This document shows positions 60,475-64,000 of a stretch of 64,000 nucleotides of DNA, piece after piece. The DNA is from Candidatus Latescibacterota bacterium (GTDB lineage Bacteria > Latescibacterota > UBA2968 > UBA8231), in contig CBDCXV010000009.1 of the NCBI GenBank assembly GCA_965223905.1, positions 416,001 to 480,000 on the forward strand, written 5' to 3'. Position 1 is the first letter of the stretch. Every line of letters starts with the position of its first letter. The translations under genes and the position numbers were made by a program. The notes beneath the pieces are model-generated. The model was not told where the DNA came from. It searched no databases and saw nothing but the letters and a program-made list of their open reading frames with translations.

Positions 60475-60699
60475 CCTGACGTATATGTCAAGTGCTTTTT
60501 TTCGCCCGAGCGACAAGCCGACCCGACGGAAAGCAGTCTGAGCGACGCAAGTTGTTTCCAATTTTCGCCCTCACGATCTCGCTGACGAGAACGGCGCCTT
60601 AAACGACGGTTTCCTTCCCCCCGGCCATACGGTAAACGTCGGATCGGCCCTCGATTGATCCCGCCCCGGGGCGCCCGTGGAATCGCCCCCCACCGTCGC

Positions 60700-61490
60700 C
60701 GCCATCCACCCCCGGCGGTGCTCGCCCGCATCGGCCGCGACCTGGTGAAAAACGGAGAGTCCCTCCACGTCTTGGAGGTGGTCAACGGCCGCCTCGTGCT
60801 GCCGCCCGCCGAATGGGACGTGGTAGGTGCCTGGCCGATCCTGGCGTGCTACCAGGTCGACATGCCCCAACCCGGCCTCGACCGACAGGCGCCCCGGCCC
60901 ACCGTGGCGGCCGGCTGGTATTGGTTCTCCTGACCTGGGAATCGGACTCGGGGCGATCCCCCTGAAGAGGGCGACCGCCGCCCGGGGGCAACCTTATCAG
61001 GCGAACTGGCCTCGCGCCCAGAGGCCCCCACCTCAGCAGCGAAGTCACTGGCCAGGGCGACGGTAAAGCGGCCAAAACCCGGTTCCTGCGTCAGCTCCGG
61101 AAGGTTTCCAGCCTGACCATTCTGTGGTATCTCCGCGACCCTTCCGGGGTCCACGGCGTACCGCAACGCCTCTGCGCCCATCCGCCCGATCCCCTGGTTT
61201 CCCAGCGCACCGCCGCCTGGGCGACCCTGCTGGCCGTTTGCGGCGTTCCCGAGGCCGTCGACACCCGCGACGGCTGGCGCCCACTTCGTCCACGCCCCCC
61301 CCGGTTGCCTCGTCGCCTGGAGGTCGAACGGCAGGCCAAGGTCGGGCCCGAGATCCGGGTCGACCTCTCCGAACTGGCCCGCGCCGACCTGGCGACCCGG
61401 GCCCCGCGCCTTCGGCAGCTTCATCGACGCCAGGGTGCCCGAGGCCGACGCCCGCCAGTTATGGGACCTGCCCACCCCCGGAATTGACCC
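60700..61490 (+). pseudogene. Probable decayed phage portal-like gene
   Basis: LARIGRDLVKNGES and C-terminal DLSELARADLATR-ARAFGSF across several frameshifts. Confidence 0.45.
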
Positions 61491-61675
61491 CCGGAAAATG
61501 GCCTATTTGGCCACATGCGGCCCGGTTCCTTCCAAGTCCCCCGGGTCGGAAATGGACGCCTCCAGGGGCCCGGATTACTAGCGATATCCCATCATATCGC
61601 AAGTAAGCCTTAGCAACACAAAACCGGAAAAAACCGCGTGAAAACGCACAAAATCCATCAAGGGGGGAGATCCCG

Positions 61676-64000
61676 ATGAAATCCAGCTACGCACCGTTCC
61701 CATACAGATGGGCAGGAATGCTCGTTTTTCTAGCCATGTTCTTTGTCCCCGGGGGTGCCCAAGCGCAGCCTGCCGCTCCTACCGTGACGGTGACATCCGA
61801 GGTGGGGGCGTTGAAGGTGTCGTGGGAAGCCGTTTCGACGGCCGTTAGATACACGGTGCAGTGGAAGTCTGGGGATGATGAGGAGTACAGCGAGACCGAG
61901 CGCCAAGCCAGGGTGACCGGTACGGCGCATACCATTCCGAACCTGAAGGCGGACACCGAATACGAAATGCAGGTAACCGCTTGGGACCAAAATGGCGACT
62001 ATGCCATGTCCCCCTCCGTCGCTGGCACGCCGAAGCCGGGCAAGGTGACGGGCGTGAAGGTGACTCCCGGGGTAGGGGGGACCAGCACGAGCCTCACGGT
62101 ATTGTGGAGTGCGGTCACGGGGGCCACTAGCTACAAAGTGCAGTGGAAGTCGGGGATGGAGGAGTACAACACCTCCGATCGCCAAGGCACCGAGACCGGT
62201 ATGAGTCATGGGATTGATGGACTGGTTGCGGGCACCCGGTACACGGTGCAGGTGACCGCCACGAACGATGGCGGCGACGCGGGCGACGGCGGCGACGGCC
62301 CGGCCTCCGATGAGGCCATGGGCACGCCCAAGCCGGGCCGGGTGGGGGACGTGACGGTGACGTCCGAGGAGGGGGCGCTCAAGCTGGCGTGGGCCAAGAT
62401 CACGGGGGCCACCAGCTACAAAGTCCAGTGGAAGTCCGGGGGGGAGCGGTACCACACGAGCCGCCAAGCCACGGAGACCGCGTCCGGTAAGGATAATGAA
62501 GAAATAACGCTAACCCTGAGGGCCGGCACCCAGTACACGGTGCGGGTGATCGCCACGAACGCGGGCGGGGACGGGCAGGCCTCCGACGATGCCATGGACA
62601 CGCCGAAGCCGGGCAAAGTGCAGAACGTGAGGGCAATGGCTGGGGCGACCCCGCAGCAGCTCACGGTATCGTGGAACGCCGTCACGGGGGCCAGTAGCTA
62701 CAAAGTGGAGTGGAAGTCGGGGTCGGAGGAATACGACGACGCCCGCCAAGTCACTGCGTCCGGTACGAGTACGACGCTTGGGGATGAGACGCCGGGAACC
62801 GACACGCCTCTGGCCGGCATCCCGCACACGGTTCGGGTGATCGCCACGAACCCGGGTGGCGACGGGCAGGTCTCCGACGATGCCACGGGCACGCCGAAGC
62901 CGGGCCAGGTGCCGACCCCGACGCCGAGCTCCGACCAAAGGAAGCAGGTCACGGTATCGTGGACCGAGGTCCCGGGGGCTACGATGTACACCGTGCAGTG
63001 GAAGTCGTCGTCGCAGCAGTACGACGCCAGCCGCCAAGCCACAACAACCGATTTTTCTCATGTGATCTACAATCTGCCGGCAGGCAGTTACATGGTTCGA
63101 GTTTTCGCCTCAAACGCGAGTGGCGACGGCCTGTCCTCCCTCGACGCCACAGGCACGTCGGTCGCTGCGGGTGAGAACCAGGTGACGGGGGTGCGGGTGA
63201 CTTCGGGCGTGGGGCAGCTCTCGGTGGAGTGGAACCAGGTCGCGGGGGCCACAAAATACACAGTGAGTTTGACGGAAGGTGGGAATACGGAGACATACGA
63301 GAGAACTCGTACGCGTACGGTGATTCCGGGTTTGATGAGCGGAACCGAGTATACGGTGACGGTGACGGCTGACGTGACCGACGCTGAAAATGAACCGGCC
63401 TCAGAGTCGGTCACAGGCACACCCCAGCCGGGCAAGGCGCAGAACGTGAAGGTGGTTCCTCACGACACCAATCCGCAGCAGCTCACGGTAACGTGGGACG
63501 CGGTCACGGGGATCTCCTCCTCAGCGGGATACAAAGTGCAGTGGAAGTCGGGGTCGCAGCAGTACGACAAAAGCCGCCAAGTCTCGGTGGACCAAGCTTC
63601 GGAGCCGACGACAACGATTGGGGATAATACGCCATCAACGGACACGCCTCTGGACGGTATCCCGCACAGGGTGCGGGTGATCGCCACGAACGCCGGCGGC
63701 GACGGCCCGCCCTCAACCGAAGCCACAGGCAGGCCGAAGCCGGGCACGGTGGGGGCCGCAGATGGGGCAGACGATGATGTGACGGTGACTCCCGAGGTCG
63801 GTGCGCTTGCTGTCAAGTGGGGCGTGGTCACCGGGGCCAGTAACTACAAGGTGCAGTGGACGGATGCAATAAGCCCATCTGAGTCCGATTACAACGAGAC
63901 CAACCAAGCCACGGCGACCGGTACGAGTCATACGATTAGGAGCCTTGGGGCGGGCACCTTATACACGGTGCGGGTGACCGCCACGAACGCCAGCGGCGAC
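61676..64000 (+). CDS. Large secreted fibronectin type III repeat protein (runs off window end)
   Basis: Signal peptide ending AQA; about 8 repeats of W..V.GA..Y.VQWKSG...Y.V.V.ATN..GDG; start and final codons share one frame. Confidence 0.9.
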   Translation, partial: MKSSYAPFPYRWAGMLVFLAMFFVPGGAQAQPAAPTVTVTSEVGALKVSWEAVSTAVRYTVQWKSGDDEEYSETERQARVTGTAHTIPNLKADTEYEMQVTAWDQNGDYAMSPSVAGTPKPGKVTGVKVTPGVGGTSTSLTVLWSAVTGATSYKVQWKSGMEEYNTSDRQGTETGMSHGIDGLVAGTRYTVQVTATNDGGDAGDGGDGPASDEAMGTPKPGRVGDVTVTSEEGALKLAWAKITGATSYKVQWKSGGERYHTSRQATETASGKDNEEITLTLRAGTQYTVRVIATNAGGDGQASDDAMDTPKPGKVQNVRAMAGATPQQLTVSWNAVTGASSYKVEWKSGSEEYDDARQVTASGTSTTLGDETPGTDTPLAGIPHTVRVIATNPGGDGQVSDDATGTPKPGQVPTPTPSSDQRKQVTVSWTEVPGATMYTVQWKSSSQQYDASRQATTTDFSHVIYNLPAGSYMVRVFASNASGDGLSSLDATGTSVAAGENQVTGVRVTSGVGQLSVEWNQVAGATKYTVSLTEGGNTETYERTRTRTVIPGLMSGTEYTVTVTADVTDAENEPASESVTGTPQPGKAQNVKVVPHDTNPQQLTVTWDAVTGISSSAGYKVQWKSGSQQYDKSRQVSVDQASEPTTTIGDNTPSTDTPLDGIPHRVRVIATNAGGDGPPSTEATGRPKPGTVGAADGADDDVTVTPEVGALAVKWGVVTGASNYKVQWTDAISPSESDYNETNQATATGTSHTIRSLGAGTLYTVRVTATNASGD

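Larger units (their letters stand above)
1322..61500. mobile_element. Composite genomic island / integrated replicon (right boundary approximate)
   Basis: Integrase and AlpA at left end after a truncated host gene; replication, partition, defence and IS cargo inside; host-type FN3 gene resumes at 61676; no attR duplication found. Confidence 0.65.

Noticed and set aside
61676-64000. FN3 DNA repeats as a repeat array or shufflon
   Set aside because: Ordinary intragenic domain repeats in one open frame

Overview
GC-rich bacterial window. Host-type genes (FlgD/dockerin/YWTD, FN3-repeat and SWGxLK-tailed secreted proteins) resemble Latescibacterota/Gemmatimonadota/Poribacteria-like, probably sponge-associated, bacteria (inference). 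Almost all of it (about 1.3 to 61.5 kb) is a composite genomic island that begins by truncating a YWTD-repeat gene. Left to right: (1) P4-type integrase, AlpA, two Cre-like recombinase copies, an atypical tRNA-like gene and a lox-like palindrome; (2) a leftward 'leading-region' operon (TraR-like, ParB, SSB, RadC, many orphans) whose intergenic gaps carry two hammerhead-ribozyme-like RNA motifs plus a possible degenerate third; (3) a divergent control region with repeated palindromic operators; (4) a rightward replicon (RHH, primase, RepA-type helicase, orphan Rep, 22-bp iterons); (5) a defence hotspot (truncated Mod, RloC-like ABC ATPase, membrane-anchored nuclease, DISARM-related DrmD/DrmMI/giant helicase-DUF1998-nuclease-S24 operon, DUF499 remnant, IS and group II intron scars); (6) cargo with a hybrid kinase, nested IS elements, an amidohydrolase, a third Cre-like gene and a probable decayed portal gene. 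A large FN3-repeat gene runs off the right edge. All family assignments are from motif recognition by eye; no searches were run.
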